Assembly: GCA_963764715.1 (NCBI GenBank)
Contig: CAVXTP010000007.1
Span: 11,298-75,297, forward strand
Direction: 5' to 3'
From: an uncultured Acidobacteriota bacterium
GTDB lineage: Bacteria > Acidobacteriota > Thermoanaerobaculia > UBA5066 > Gp7-AA6
Length of the DNA stretch: 64,000 nucleotides
The notes beneath the pieces are model-generated. The model did no database searches. It saw only the letters and a program-made list of their open reading frames with translations, and was not told the DNA's origin. The translations under genes and the position numbers were made by a program. Position 1 is the first letter of the stretch; each line of letters starts with the position of its first letter. Below are positions 9,825 through 18,310 of the stretch, in pieces.

Positions 9825-11246
9825 ATGAAGCGGCACCGCCCGATCGGCGCGCTCCTCGCGGCGATCCTCCTCTCGGCCGCCGCCGTTTCCCCTTCCGGAT
9901 GCCGCAAGGACCCCGCGGACGCGTGGCAGGGCATGAACGTCGTCTGGATCTCGTTCGACTCGGTGCGCGCCGACCACTGCTCCTTCGAGGGGTACGGCCG
10001 CAAGACGACGCCGCAGCTCGACGCCCTCGCCGCCCGCGGCGTGCGGTTCTCGCGCACGATCGCCCAGGCCCCGTACACGCTCCCGTCCTATGCCTCGATG
10101 CTGACCTCCCGGTACGTGGCCGAGCTCGCCGTGCAGGAGCAGCGGGACGAGAAGGACGCGGCGAAGGTCCTCGGGATCGCGCCGGGGCCCTCCGAGGGCG
10201 ACGTCCTCGTCTCCGAAGCCCTCCGCGGCGCGGGCTACCGGACGGCGGCGTTCGTCCAGAGCTGGATCTCGCGGCCCATGGGGTTCGAGCAGGGCTGGGA
10301 CCTCTTCCGGTCCAAGCAGGAGTCGCTCGCGCAGAAGATGCCGGAAGTCCTGCGGTTCATCGAGGAGAACAAGGACCGGCGGTTCTTCGCCTTCGTCTAT
10401 TCGACCGACACGCACTACCCGTTCCTCCACGCCCACGCGCGCCGCAATCTCTACGGCGAGTACGAGAGCGGCTTCGACTTCGACCTCGACAACATCCACC
10501 AGGTCCGGGAGGGGAAGCTCGACCCGTCGTCCGAGGACATCGCCAACGCCATGGCCATGTACGACGAGGGCCTCCACTGGACCGACGCCGACCTCGCGCC
10601 GCTCTTCGACCTCCTCCGGAAGACCGGCCTCGCCGAGAAGACGATCGTCGTGTTCAACGCCGATCACGGCGAGGAGTTCGACGAGCACGGCGTCATCAGC
10701 CACGGCCAGACCTACTACGACGCCGTCGTGCGGGTGCCGCTCGTCATCGCGGCGCCGGGCCCGCCGGCCGCCGGGCGCGCCGTCACGGAGCTCGTGCAGA
10801 ACCTGGACGTCGCGCCGACCCTCCTCGACATGGTCGGCGTCGAGCGGCCGAAGGCCTGGAGCGGCCGCAGCCTCAAGTGGGCGCTCGCGGGGGCGCCGGA
10901 TCCGTCGCCCTCGCCGGCGCTGGCGTTCTCGGAGGGCGCCTGGACCTTCTGGATCGGGAGCGTGTTCCAGGGCGACCGCAAGTTCATCCTCGTCACGCCC
11001 CAGGAGCGGATGCTCTTCGACCTCGCGAAGGACCCGGGCGAGAAGACGAACCTCGCGCTGAAGGACACCGACTCCGTGCGCACGCTCTACCACGCCCTGA
11101 TGAAGCACCTCGGCGGGACGCCGGGGCCGGGCGCCGCCGGCCGGCCCTCCTACGAGACCTGGATGAAACAGGTCATGGGCCACTACGGCCTCGGCGAGGA
11201 GAGCGACGTCGTCAAGGAGCTCCGCTCCCTCGGCTACCTGAAATAA
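9825..11246 (+). CDS. Sulfatase-like (alkaline phosphatase superfamily) hydrolase/transferase, probable lipoprotein, Thr at nucleophile position
   Basis: NVVWISFDSVRADH, PYTLPSYAS, ADHGEEF, C-terminal LRSLGYL; TATGCT box 7 nt before ATG 9825. Confidence 0.8.
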   Translation: MKRHRPIGALLAAILLSAAAVSPSGCRKDPADAWQGMNVVWISFDSVRADHCSFEGYGRKTTPQLDALAARGVRFSRTIAQAPYTLPSYASMLTSRYVAELAVQEQRDEKDAAKVLGIAPGPSEGDVLVSEALRGAGYRTAAFVQSWISRPMGFEQGWDLFRSKQESLAQKMPEVLRFIEENKDRRFFAFVYSTDTHYPFLHAHARRNLYGEYESGFDFDLDNIHQVREGKLDPSSEDIANAMAMYDEGLHWTDADLAPLFDLLRKTGLAEKTIVVFNADHGEEFDEHGVISHGQTYYDAVVRVPLVIAAPGPPAAGRAVTELVQNLDVAPTLLDMVGVERPKAWSGRSLKWALAGAPDPSPSPALAFSEGAWTFWIGSVFQGDRKFILVTPQERMLFDLAKDPGEKTNLALKDTDSVRTLYHALMKHLGGTPGPGAAGRPSYETWMKQVMGHYGLGEESDVVKELRSLGYLK

Positions 11247-11270
11247 CTTCCGCCGTGTCTGGCTCCGGTC

Positions 11271-11343
11271 GTAGGGGCGGGGCTTGTGGCCGCCCTGCCA
11301 GAACGGATCGCCGCACGAGGGCGGGGACTAGCCCCGCCCCTAC
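11271..11343. repeat. GTAG-type REP doublet (REPIN-like inverted pair)
   Basis: GTAGGGGCGGGGCTTGTGGCCGCCC (11271-11295) and inverted GTAGGGGCGGGGCTAGTCCCCGCCC (11343-11319), between convergent genes. Confidence 0.8.
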
Positions 11344-11378
11344 TCCCGAGCGCGATCCGGCGGTCCACCGCCGCGCCC

Positions 11379-12788
11379 TCAGACCGCCGGGAAGCTCGCC
11401 ACGAAGACCGTGCCGCCGCCGTCGTTCTCGCGGACCGCGATCTCGCCGCCGTGCGCCTCGACGACCTGCTCGACGATGGCGAGGCCGAGCCCCGAGCCCT
11501 GCGGATGGCTCGCCCGCGTCCTGTCGAGCCGCACGAAGCGCTCGAAGATGCGGTCCCGGTCGGCGGGCGCGATGCCCGGGCCCCGGTCGGCGACCTCGAT
11601 GAACGCCCGGCCCTCGCGCGTTCCGACCCGGACCTCGACCATCGTGTTGGGAGCGGTGTAGAGGACGGCGTTGGAGACGAGGTTCGAGACGAGGCGGGAA
11701 AGCCCCGCGCGCTCGCCGCGCACGCGCGCGGGCCCCTGACGCGAGAGCGCGCAGACGATGCCGCGGCTCGAGCCGAGCGGGGCGGCCGCGGCGAGCGAGT
11801 CCTCCGCGACCTCGTGCAGGTCGAGCTCCTCCATGCGCCGGGGCGGCGCCGCGTCGCCGCGGGCGAGCAGCATCAGCCCGTCGACCTCCCGGGCGAGTCC
11901 GCGGGAAACCTCGGCGATCGTCTGGAGGGAGCGGCGCCGTTCCTCCTCCGTGGCTTCCGGGCGGAGGGCATCCTGCGCCTCTCCGAGAAGGACCGCGGTC
12001 GGCGTCTTGAGCTCGTGGGCCGCGTCGGCGGTCAGCCGCCGTTGGGCGCGGAACGCCCGCTCGAGCCGCTCGAAGAGCGAGTTGATGACCGCCGAGAGCC
12101 GCCGGAACTCCTCGCCGCCCGAGGTCACCGCCACCCGGCGCGAAAGGTCCGTCGCCTCGGCCTCCTCCGCCAGCCGCGTGACCTCTTCGACGGGGCGGAT
12201 CGCCCGGTGGACCGCGAAGCCCAGGATCGTCGCCGTGCCGAGCACGCCGAGGAGCACGAAGCCCGCGAGCGCCTGGTCCACGCGGGCGAGTGAGCGCAGC
12301 GTCGGGCCGATCCACCGGAAGAGGACGAGGGTCGCGCCCCGGGCCTTTCCCTGGAGCGGCGTGACGAGGACCCGGCACGTGCGGCGCTGCCCGCTGTACG
12401 GCTCGACCGCGGTGTAGGGCCTGTCGCTCCGGCCGCGGTAGGGCTCGAAGTTGACGTTCACGTGCGAGCGCAGGAGGTCGCCCGTCAGAGCCACGGGGAC
12501 CTCGCCGTTGAAGAGAATCGCCGAATGGTTGGCGAGGCGGAACTCGAACATGTTGGCTTCGAGACCGGCCTTCAGGGCCTGCCGCTCCTGCTCCTCGAGG
12601 CCCAGGAGCTCGTAGTCGGAGCCGATCGCCGAGGCGAGCGTGTCGAGCTCGCCGTCCACCTCCTCGAACGAGAGCCGGCGGATCAGCGTGCGCGCGCCGA
12701 GCGCCAGCGCGACGAGAAAGACGGCCGAAACGACGGCGCCCGAGAGGGCGATGCGCGTGCGCGCACGGCGGAAGCGCGGGAGCCTCAC
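11379..12788 (-). CDS. HAMP-domain sensor histidine kinase
   Basis: Two TM segments, HAMP, H-box AAHELKTP, NLVSNA, DRGPGI, GSGLGL. Confidence 0.95.
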   Translation of the reverse strand: MRLPRFRRARTRIALSGAVVSAVFLVALALGARTLIRRLSFEEVDGELDTLASAIGSDYELLGLEEQERQALKAGLEANMFEFRLANHSAILFNGEVPVALTGDLLRSHVNVNFEPYRGRSDRPYTAVEPYSGQRRTCRVLVTPLQGKARGATLVLFRWIGPTLRSLARVDQALAGFVLLGVLGTATILGFAVHRAIRPVEEVTRLAEEAEATDLSRRVAVTSGGEEFRRLSAVINSLFERLERAFRAQRRLTADAAHELKTPTAVLLGEAQDALRPEATEEERRRSLQTIAEVSRGLAREVDGLMLLARGDAAPPRRMEELDLHEVAEDSLAAAAPLGSSRGIVCALSRQGPARVRGERAGLSRLVSNLVSNAVLYTAPNTMVEVRVGTREGRAFIEVADRGPGIAPADRDRIFERFVRLDRTRASHPQGSGLGLAIVEQVVEAHGGEIAVRENDGGGTVFVASFPAV

Positions 12789-13450
12789 CGCAGGCGATAC
12801 CCGGCGCCGCGCACGGTCTCGATCGAGGACGGCGCCTTCGGCCGGTCGATTTTGCGGCGCAGGCGCCCGACGAGGACGTCGATGGTGTTCGACATCGGCT
12901 CCTCCCGCTCGCCCCAGGCCTGCTCGAGTATCTCCTCGCGCGAGACGACCGCGCCGGGGGTGCGCATGAGGAGCTCGAGGATGGTGAACTCGCGTGCCGT
13001 CAGAGCGAGCGTCTCGCGGCCCCGCCAGGCGGCGCGGCGGGCCGGATCCAGGCGCAGCTCGCCCGCGACGAGCTCCCGGGGCGCGCGGAACTCGTTCCGG
13101 CGCAGGAGCGCCTGCGCGCGCGCGGCGAGCACCTCGAGGTCGAACGGCTTGCCGAGGTAGTCGTCGGCGCCATCGGAGAGGCCCTCGATCTCGGCCTCGG
13201 CGTGGTCCATCGCCGTCAGCATGAGGATCGAGTGGCGGAAGCCCTTCGCCCGCGCCCGCCGGCAGACGTCGAGGCCGTCCCCGTCCGGAAGGCGGCGGTC
13301 GAGCACGAGGAGGTCGTAGGCGTGGACCCCGAGGAGCTCCTCGGCCTCGTCGATCGACCGCGCCTCGTCGCAGGCGAGGCCCGCGCGCGAGAGCGTGCGC
13401 ACGACGAGAGAGCGCAACCGCTCGTCGTCCTCGAGGATCAGGGCCCGCAT
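12785..13450 (-). CDS. OmpR-family response regulator
   Basis: LILEDD, LVLDRRLP, KPF, ETVRGAGY; 4-nt overlap with kinase start. Confidence 0.95.
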   Translation of the reverse strand: MRALILEDDERLRSLVVRTLSRAGLACDEARSIDEAEELLGVHAYDLLVLDRRLPDGDGLDVCRRARAKGFRHSILMLTAMDHAEAEIEGLSDGADDYLGKPFDLEVLAARAQALLRRNEFRAPRELVAGELRLDPARRAAWRGRETLALTAREFTILELLMRTPGAVVSREEILEQAWGEREEPMSNTIDVLVGRLRRKIDRPKAPSSIETVRGAGYRLR

Positions 13451-13461
13451 CGGATTCGAAC

Positions 13462-13549
13462 GGGGTCAGGTCTTCATTTTTCGAATTTCCGAACTCGCCC
13501 GATCAGGGTACCAGCGTGGCTGAAATCCGAAAAATGAAGACCTGACCCC
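13462..13549. mobile_element. Non-autonomous mini element A (28-bp inverted arms matching the ends of the Y1 transposase element)
   Basis: GGGGTCAGGTCTTCATTTTTCGAATTTC...GAAATCCGAAAAATGAAGACCTGACCCC; 1 mismatch, 32-bp spacer. Confidence 0.9.
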
Positions 13550-13560
13550 CCACCAGACGC

Positions 13561-15411
13561 CTACCAGACGAGGTTGAACGTCTTGACCAGGAAGACCGCC
13601 ATCTGGGCGCGCGTGTTCGGGTTGTCCGGGCAGTAGCGCAGAGGCCCCGTCAAACACCCTCCGGTGACGCCGAGGGTGTAGAGCTCCTCGATGAAGTCGT
13701 CGAAGCCCGTCCCGGGCGTGCAGGCGACGTCCGCGAAGACTCCCGTGCACGGCGCCGGGACGTGGGAGGAGCCGTAGAGCGTCTTGATGAGAAACGGCGC
13801 CATCTGCTTGCGCGTGACCGTGTTGTTGGGACAGTAGAGTCCGCTGCCGCAGCCCGTCGTGATCCCGAGACTCGCGAGCTCTTCGATCCAGTCGCCGAAG
13901 CCCGAGCCGGGAGTACAGGTCACGTCGGGAAAGACGCCCGTGCACGGGGGCGGTACATGGGCGGCGCCGTACTTCGCCTTGAGCAGGAAGACGGCCATCT
14001 GCGCGCGCGTGACCGGGTTGCCCGGGCAGTAGTTGCCGCCCGCGCAGCCTCCGGTGATGCCGAGCTGGAAGATCGTCTCGACGTAGTGGAAGAACGGGTT
14101 CGACGTCGGCACGTCGGGGAAGGTCGCCTTGGCGGAGGTGCAGGTGGCGGCCTGGATGTACGGCAGGAGCTGCTCGGTGATGCAGCGCGTGTGGAACAGG
14201 AGGTTCACGTTCGAGTCGCCGGGCGGGAGCAGGTGGCAGTAGCTCATGATCGTTCCGCCGCCGGGTGGAACGGAGGTCGGGCCGCTGTAGCAGCCGGCCT
14301 CCCCCGAGTAGCACATGTCGATCGGCGGCACGTAGCAGTGCGTGTGCGCGCTCCCGGCGTTGTGGCCGAGCTCGTGGGCCGAGGCCAGCAGGTCCCAGAC
14401 CTGCGCGGGCCAGTCCCCGAAGAGCTGGCCCATGCCGTAGGCGCCGCCCCAGTGTCCGGGGGGGTTGGTGGCGAAGTCCGGGATGCAGAGGGCGGGCCGC
14501 CACGCGATTCCGCCGGTCACGGGCTGCCCGGACGCGAGATACACGGTCGAGCGCGGAAAGGAGCCCTGGCTCCGGTTGGCGTGGTACCAGTCGCCGAGCT
14601 GGTAGAGCTGGTCGAGGGTCGAAGGGCCGTTCCAGGGATCCGCAATCGTCCAGACGTGGACCTCGGTCACGGTGAAATGGAACGCGAGGTCTCGCTCGTA
14701 GATGAGGTCGATCTGCGCCGCGAGGGTCAGCAGGTAGGCGGTCATCGCGGCCGCGTCGCCGCCGAACTTGGCCAGGAATTCTTGGTCGGTCTCCAGGATG
14801 AGCTTGGCGCTCTGGAACCCGACGATCTCGGGCGTCGAGGCGGGGCCGCCGGGCACGATGGCCGGGGGCGCCTCGGGAAGCGAATCCGACCCGCACATCC
14901 AGGGCGGCGCGGCCGGGCGCGCGGCGGCCGGGGACGTGGAGTCGCGGACGACGGCGCGGCGGCGCGATTCGTCGGGTCCGACGTAGGTCGTGCCCGCGCT
15001 CGAGCGCACCCACGAGACGAGCGTGTCGGGCAGCGCGGCCAAGTACACGAGGGTGTCGTCCTCGCCCGGCACGTGGCCCTCGAAGTGGGCGACTTCCGGC
15101 AGGGGACGGAACGAGTCGCCGCTCTCGCCCGTGATCCGGACGCGGGCATCGGGGTCCGCGATCTCGAAGCGTCGGAAGACGACGTCCTTCCGCACGCCCG
15201 GCGACGTCGGAAAGTCGGCGACCCGGAAGGGCTCGCGCCCCGTCCGCCGCAGCGCCGCGAGGACCGTGCGGTCGAGCGACACTTCTTCCTGGCCGTCGAC
15301 CACCGCGCGACGGGAACGATAGGGACTCGGCAGAGAGGGGATGGCGGCGAGAGCGATCGCCGACGCCAGGAGGAACGCGGCCGCCCCGACCGCGACGGCT
15401 CGGGATTTCAT
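13561..15411 (-). CDS. Secreted reprolysin-like (M12) zinc metallopeptidase with three C-terminal SLH repeats
   Basis: Signal peptide; HELGHNAGSAH; Met-turn TIMSY; FPDVP...GITGGC...CP...VTRAQMAVF x3. Confidence 0.9.
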   Translation of the reverse strand: MKSRAVAVGAAAFLLASAIALAAIPSLPSPYRSRRAVVDGQEEVSLDRTVLAALRRTGREPFRVADFPTSPGVRKDVVFRRFEIADPDARVRITGESGDSFRPLPEVAHFEGHVPGEDDTLVYLAALPDTLVSWVRSSAGTTYVGPDESRRRAVVRDSTSPAAARPAAPPWMCGSDSLPEAPPAIVPGGPASTPEIVGFQSAKLILETDQEFLAKFGGDAAAMTAYLLTLAAQIDLIYERDLAFHFTVTEVHVWTIADPWNGPSTLDQLYQLGDWYHANRSQGSFPRSTVYLASGQPVTGGIAWRPALCIPDFATNPPGHWGGAYGMGQLFGDWPAQVWDLLASAHELGHNAGSAHTHCYVPPIDMCYSGEAGCYSGPTSVPPGGGTIMSYCHLLPPGDSNVNLLFHTRCITEQLLPYIQAATCTSAKATFPDVPTSNPFFHYVETIFQLGITGGCAGGNYCPGNPVTRAQMAVFLLKAKYGAAHVPPPCTGVFPDVTCTPGSGFGDWIEELASLGITTGCGSGLYCPNNTVTRKQMAPFLIKTLYGSSHVPAPCTGVFADVACTPGTGFDDFIEELYTLGVTGGCLTGPLRYCPDNPNTRAQMAVFLVKTFNLVW

Positions 15412-15450
15412 GGGGGCCTCCGTTTGGCCCGAATTCTAGCGGGGTATAGC

Positions 15451-15532
15451 GGGGTCAGGTCTTCATTTTTCGGATTTTGGAATCGGACCCGCCTTCGCCA
15501 CGGTCCGAACCGAAATCTGAAGACCTGACCCC
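15451..15532. mobile_element. Non-autonomous mini element B
   Basis: Left arm identical to the 27-bp transposase-element arm; right arm conserves outer 15 bp (TGAAGACCTGACCCC); internal TCGGACC/GGTCCGA stem. Confidence 0.88.
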
Positions 15533-15549
15533 ATCTTAACTCGTCTTAA

Positions 15550-17445
15550 CTACTGCAGGCCGAAGGTCTTGACCAGGAACACCGCCATCTGTCCGCGCGT
15601 GTTGGGATCGGCCGGGCAGTAGCGGAGCGGACTCGTCAGGCAACCGCCCGTGATCGCGTCGGCGTAGAGCTCCTCGATCCAGGGCGCCGAGGCGTCGGCC
15701 ATCGGCACGTCGGCGAAGACGCCCGAGGCCGCGGGCGGCACGTGGCCGGAACCGAGCTTGGTCTTGAGCAGGAAGGTCGCCATCTGCCTGCGCGTGACCG
15801 CGGAGTTGGGACAGTAGAGCCCGCTCCCGCACCCGCTCGTCACGCCGAGGCTCGCGAGCTCCTCGATCCAGGCGGCGCCGAACGATCCGGCCGGCACGTC
15901 GGCGAACACCGTGCCGGTCGCCGCGGGCGGAACGTGGGCCGAGCCGTACTTCGACTTGAGGAGGAAAACCGCCATCTGCGCCCGCGTCACCGGAGAGCCC
16001 GGGCAGTAGTAGCTCGGCGCGCACCCGCCGGTGACGCCGTTTGCGGCGAGCGTCTCGACGTAGTCGAAGAACTGGTGCGAGGGCGGAACGTCGAGGAACG
16101 TCGAGGCCTGCGTCAGGCAGGAGGCGGAGTTGATCTCCGGGAGCATCTGCTCGTCGATGCAGCGCTGGTGGAACTCGAGCGAGACGTAGCTCCACCCGAG
16201 AAGGTGGCAATAGCTCATGATCGTGCCGTTGCCGGCCCCCGGGTTCTCGACCGGACCGGAGTAGCAGCCGCTCTCGCCGTTGTAGCAGTGGTCGATCGGC
16301 GGCGAGTAGCAGTGCGTGTGGTGCGAGCCCGCGTTGTGCCCGGTCTCGTGCGCCGTGGCGAACTGGTCCCAGAGGCTCAGCGGATAGGTTCCGTTGACCT
16401 GGGTCACGGCATAGGCGCCGCCGTAGTGCCCGCTTCCCGACGAGAAGTCGCCCGAGCACAGAACCGAGAGCCACGCGATGCCGCCCGACACCGCCTTGCC
16501 CGAGAGGAACTGGACCATCGCCCGCGGGTAGCTCGCCGGCGGGCGGTTCGCGTGCCACCAGTCGCCGACCTCGTCGAGCTGCGTGCGGGTCGCCGTCGAG
16601 ACGTAGGGATCGCTCGCGGCGCCGCCCGTCCAGACGTGGACCTCGGCGAGCGCGAGATGGAGGGAGAGGTCGCGCTCGTAGGCGACGTTGATGGCCCCGT
16701 AGAGCGTCGCGACCCAGGTGGCGAGCGCGTTGGGGTCGTAGACGACGGGATTTGAGTTCGGGACCGGGAACTTGGCCAGGAGCTCCCAGTCCGTTTCGAC
16801 GCGCACCGCGGCCTGCTTGAGGCCGGCCAGGGGCGCCGCCGCCGCCGATGGATAGGAGGGCTCGGCCTGCGCGGTCAGGGCCGCCGGCAGCTCGTCGGCG
16901 CCGCAGGACCAGGGCTGATCGAGGGACATCGCGTTGGCGGGGGAGTCGGCGGTGCGCACGACGAAGTCCCTGGCCGCGGAGGCCGGTCCGACGAACACGA
17001 ACGTGCCGTCCTGGAGCCGCAGGTACGCGACGACCGCGTCCTCCCGCGCGGCGAGATACACGCTCGAGTCCGGCGACCCCTCGATCGTTCCCTTGAAGTG
17101 CGCGAGCGACGGAAACGGCCGGGACTCCTCCCCGGCGGGGCCGGAGATCGTCACGCGCGCGTCCGGCGTCGTGACCTCGAAGCGCTCGACCACGAGCGTT
17201 CCGAAGGCGCCGGGGGCGACGGGGAACCCTTCGATGCGCACGTCGGCGCGCGCCGCCCGAAGAGCCGCGAGCGCGCCGGAGTCGAGATCGACGGCCTCCT
17301 GGCCCGGCGCGGAGAGCCGCACGGCGGTCTCGACCGAGACGGTCGGCCGATAGGGGCTCGGGATCGTCGCCGCAGACGCCAGGAAGCTCCCGGCGGCTCC
17401 CGCGAGGATCCCGAGAAGGGCAGCGCGCAGGCTCCGTCCGCTCAT
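15550..17445 (-). CDS. Secreted reprolysin-like (M12) metallopeptidase with three SLH repeats; tandem paralog of 13561..15411
   Basis: HETGHNAGSHH, TIMSY, SLH repeats; GGAGGAG RBS. Confidence 0.9.
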   Translation of the reverse strand: MSGRSLRAALLGILAGAAGSFLASAATIPSPYRPTVSVETAVRLSAPGQEAVDLDSGALAALRAARADVRIEGFPVAPGAFGTLVVERFEVTTPDARVTISGPAGEESRPFPSLAHFKGTIEGSPDSSVYLAAREDAVVAYLRLQDGTFVFVGPASAARDFVVRTADSPANAMSLDQPWSCGADELPAALTAQAEPSYPSAAAAPLAGLKQAAVRVETDWELLAKFPVPNSNPVVYDPNALATWVATLYGAINVAYERDLSLHLALAEVHVWTGGAASDPYVSTATRTQLDEVGDWWHANRPPASYPRAMVQFLSGKAVSGGIAWLSVLCSGDFSSGSGHYGGAYAVTQVNGTYPLSLWDQFATAHETGHNAGSHHTHCYSPPIDHCYNGESGCYSGPVENPGAGNGTIMSYCHLLGWSYVSLEFHQRCIDEQMLPEINSASCLTQASTFLDVPPSHQFFDYVETLAANGVTGGCAPSYYCPGSPVTRAQMAVFLLKSKYGSAHVPPAATGTVFADVPAGSFGAAWIEELASLGVTSGCGSGLYCPNSAVTRRQMATFLLKTKLGSGHVPPAASGVFADVPMADASAPWIEELYADAITGGCLTSPLRYCPADPNTRGQMAVFLVKTFGLQ

Positions 17446-17638
17446 CCGCTCCTCCTCCCGATTCCGACAGCTCGACTGATCCCTCCGGGAATCGCAAGGA
17501 CCGGGCCAGCAGGCGGGGCCGGCAAGCGTAGGCGAGGAAAGGCGTTAGGCGCCGTGACGTCGGTCACCTGACGGCGGTTGTCAGCGCCGCGAGGCCCGCG
17601 GTGACATCGGGGCGAGGGTCGGGTATGTTCACGCCCTC

Positions 17639-18274
17639 ATGTCGAACTTGCTCGCGCTCGCTCTCGCCGCGTCTCTCCAGGCGGCTTCCCCGGCCTCCCC
17701 GCCGGCGTCGATCCTCGGGCAGTGGGAATCCGCGGTGCGCAACAAGGGCGGGATCGGGAACATCCTCGAGTTCCTGCCCGACGGCCGCGTCACGCAGATC
17801 TCCGCGGCCATGGGCGACACGACGTACGAGGTGCAGGGGGAGTGGCTCCGGACGTTTTACACCGACGAAGCCACCGGCCAGGTCCGCGAGTCGGAGGTGA
17901 TCCTCGAGTTCGAAGGCGGCGACCGGTTCGCGGAGAAGGGCGCCGACGGCGAAGCGCAGGGCTACTCGGACCGGATCGGCCGGGCCGTGCCGGGGGCGTC
18001 GCCGATCGTCGGCGAGTGGTGCTCGCTCTTTCTCGACATGCTGACGAACTACCGCCAGTTCACACCCGACGGAAAGCTCTTCGTGCGCATGCCGATCGTC
18101 ACGCTGCGGGGGACCTGGAAGGTCGAGGGCGGGGAGCTGACCGTGGAGATCTTCGGACAGCCGCCGGGCAAATACCCGTACCGGATCGAGAACGGCCAGC
18201 TCTTCATCAAGAGCCGCGACGGCTCCGATCGCGTCTACAAGCGAACCGAATCCACGCTGCTCAAGGGCTACTGA
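17639..18274 (+). CDS. Secreted hypothetical protein with two lipocalin-like beta repeats
   Basis: Signal peptide; ILGQW...FLPDG...YEVQG and IVGEW...FTPDG...WKVEG. Confidence 0.7.
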   Translation: MSNLLALALAASLQAASPASPPASILGQWESAVRNKGGIGNILEFLPDGRVTQISAAMGDTTYEVQGEWLRTFYTDEATGQVRESEVILEFEGGDRFAEKGADGEAQGYSDRIGRAVPGASPIVGEWCSLFLDMLTNYRQFTPDGKLFVRMPIVTLRGTWKVEGGELTVEIFGQPPGKYPYRIENGQLFIKSRDGSDRVYKRTESTLLKGY

Positions 18275-18310
18275 GCCGGGCCCTCGCGACGCCCCTCGGC
18301 GGAGCCCGCC

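Noticed and set aside
5315-10078. Very long Arg/Gly/Pro-rich ORFs (e.g. 1587 aa here; 18804..22250; 36752..40099; 44717..47572)
   Set aside because: Shadow frames of real genes in high-GC DNA; no motifs, and each overlaps a well-supported CDS
13462-15532. Repeat-spacer units as a CRISPR array
   Set aside because: Repeats are inverted pairs kilobases apart, not direct tandem repeats; no cas genes
17554-17605. Cluster of short TGAC/GTCA palindromes between divergent genes
   Set aside because: Only 5-bp arms with inconsistent spacing; cannot be distinguished from chance
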